Assembly (NCBI RefSeq): GCF_902713615.1
Contig: NC_052158.1
Span: 18,596,546 to 18,660,545, forward strand
DNA length: 64,000 nt
Direction: 5' to 3'
From: Scyliorhinus canicula
Lineage: Eukaryota
Shown here: positions 61,889 through 64,000 of the stretch, in pieces
Layout: every line of letters starts with the position of its first letter
Numbering within the stretch: position 1 is the first letter of the stretch
Notes under the pieces: model-generated
The model's input: only the letters and a program-made list of their open reading frames with translations
Databases searched by the model: none
Told to the model about the DNA's origin: nothing
Translations under genes and position numbers: made by a program

Positions 61889-62579
61889 ATCTGTTCCCAA
61901 TATCAGCGCCGTATGAACGGTTTACATACGGTTTGCACATTCTCCCCATGTCTGCGTGGGTTTCACCCCCACAACCCGGTTTACAAGTGGTTTACGGAAT
62001 CTACCAAGGATTTGGGCCTAGTGAGCTTGGAGACTGAGCGAGAACCTCTTCTGTTATGTTACTCAATTCTGATTAATAAAATGTTTGGCATCTAAGTCGA
62101 GATTTCTCAATGAGAATAGATTCATTCTTGACTTGGAAGTTTTGACGTTGACAGGGAAGAGATTGGATTGGAGGCTCAGAAATCAGGCATAACCAAAGGC
62201 TTCTACATACGTACATACACACCAGAGTTTACAGACGAAGAAGGTCTTTACCTGCCCCGCTGAATCAAGGGTTACACAAGGAGCAGAGTTGGATTAGGGA
62301 ATATTGTTACCAGAGGAGAGGTCAGAGATTACGCTTAATCCCAGCTAAACTATTTACTGTACTCCTTAATCTACTGCCCGTAGAAAATCTTTCCTAAGAG
62401 AGACAAAGTTTAAAGGTGGATAGTTCCCCTGAATCTTTAGAGACCTGGTGTGATTTGTCTCAGGGGTACTTGCTATCAGAGAGAGCAGCTTCTGGCAGCC
62501 TGATACCTATATATAACAACAATTACTTTCTTTTGTATCGATAATTAGTATGTTCAAAATTGACTTTACTACGTAAAGT

Positions 62580-63790
62580 TAAAGTGCATGGGATTGTGGG
62601 GAGGGTCCTGAGATGGATAGAGCAAACAGGAAGCAAAAGGTTGGAATAATTGGGTCTTTTTCCGATTGGCAGGCAGTGACTATTGGGGTATTGTAGGGAT
62701 CTGTGCTAGGACCCCAACTGTTCACATTATATATTAATGATTTGGACGAGGGAACTAAATTTATTATCTCCAAATTTGCAGATGATACAAAGTTGGGTGG
62801 GAGGGTGAGCTGTGAGGAGGATGTAGAGATGCTTCAGCAGGATTTGGCAGGCTGAGTGAGTGGCAGATGCAGTATAATGTGGATAAATGTGGGGTTATTC
62901 GCTTCAGTAGGAAAAATAGGAAAACAGATTATTATTTGATTGGGTGTAAATTGAGAGAGGTGCATACTCAACGAGACCTTAGTGTCCTCGTGCATCAGTC
63001 GCTGAAAGTAAGCGCGCAGGTACAGCAGACAGCGAAGAAGGCAAATTGTATGTTGGCCTTCCTAGTGAGAGGAATTGAATATTGGAATAGGGATGTTTTA
63101 CTGCAATTGCAGAGGGCATTGGTGAGGCCACACCTGGAATATTGCGCGCAGTTTTGGTGTCCTTATCTGAGGAAGGATGTTCTTGCTATGGAGGGAGTGC
63201 AGCGAAGGTTTATCAGGTTGATTCATGAGATGGCGGAACTGTCATATGAGGAGAGACTAAGTCGGTGAGAACTCTATTCATTGGAGCTTAGAAGAGTGAG
63301 GGAGGAATCTCATCAAAACTTATAAAACTCTAACAGGATTAGACAGTAAGAAGTCTTACAACACCAGGTTAAAGTCCAACATGTTTGTTTCAAACACGAG
63401 CTTTCGGAGCACTGCTCCTTCCTCAGGATTAGACAGGGTAGATTCAAAAAGAATGTTCCTGGTGGTGGAGGAGTTCAGAGCTAGAGGTCACAGTTTGAGG
63501 ATAAGGAGTAAACCTTTTAGGACTGAAGTGAGGAGAAATTTCTTCACGCAGAGAGTGGTGAATCTGTGGAATTCGCTACCACAAAACATAGTTGAGGCCA
63601 AAATGTTGTGTAATTTTAAGAAGGAATTCGATATAGCTCTTGGGCCTAAAGGGATATGGGAGGGAAGGTGGGATCAGGGTATTGAACTTGATGATCAACC
63701 AGGATCATAATGAATGGGAGAGCAGGCTCAAAGGGCCAAATGGCCTCCTCCTGCTTCTATTTTCTATGTATGTTTCTATGTATGAACACA
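62580..63790 (+). mobile_element. CR1 LINE 3' part
   Basis: FADDTK, MQYNVDKC, RPHLEYCAQFW, RRNFFTQRVVNLWNSLP. Confidence 0.9.
63347..63426 (-). ncRNA. Penelope-type minimal hammerhead ribozyme core in a 77-bp insertion
   Basis: Minus strand CTGAGGA-A-GGAGC-AGT-GCTCC-GAAA-GC-TC|GTG; flanked by the 13-bp duplication CAGGATTAGACAG. Confidence 0.7.
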
Positions 63791-64000
63791 ATAAACATTC
63801 CAATCCACTTTACAGTGATTTTATAGTGAAACATGATGAGATATTAATGCAAGTGTCGAAATCTTGGTCCAAAAGGTAGGTTTTGAGGAATATATTGAGC
63901 AGGAAAAGAGGTAGAGAGGCAGCGAGATTTCACGAGGGTGCTCCAGAGATTCAGGCCTGGCTGTGAAAACATGGCTGCCAATGGTGGATCAATAAATATC

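Overview
Vertebrate genomic DNA, very probably from an elasmobranch (shark or ray), inferred from dozens of HE1-like V-SINEs and their partner CR1 LINEs. There is one host gene, on the + strand at ~26209-61888: a type-I membrane receptor with a signal peptide, one CD2/CEACAM-type Ig V domain, a stalk and TM helix, and a duplicated ITIM/ITSM cytoplasmic exon. Upstream of the gene is a rearranged transposon cluster. It contains (i) a Harbinger element fused to the 3' part of a Gypsy-type LTR element that carries a small membrane-protein gene in the env position; (ii) a very young 5.5-kb LTR element (7270-12773, minus strand) with near-identical LTRs, a CGGT TSD, a Lys-type PBS, an 11-copy hairpin array and a single Pol-derived ORF with an apparently dead integrase, but no recognisable gag, protease, RT or env; (iii) a ~97%-identical inverted duplication whose arms show the empty sites of these insertions. 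Introns are filled with CR1, L1/Tx1, SINE, Harbinger and hAT MITEs, solo LTRs and Penelope ends, one of them with a hammerhead ribozyme core. All family assignments are from motif recognition by eye; no database search was run.
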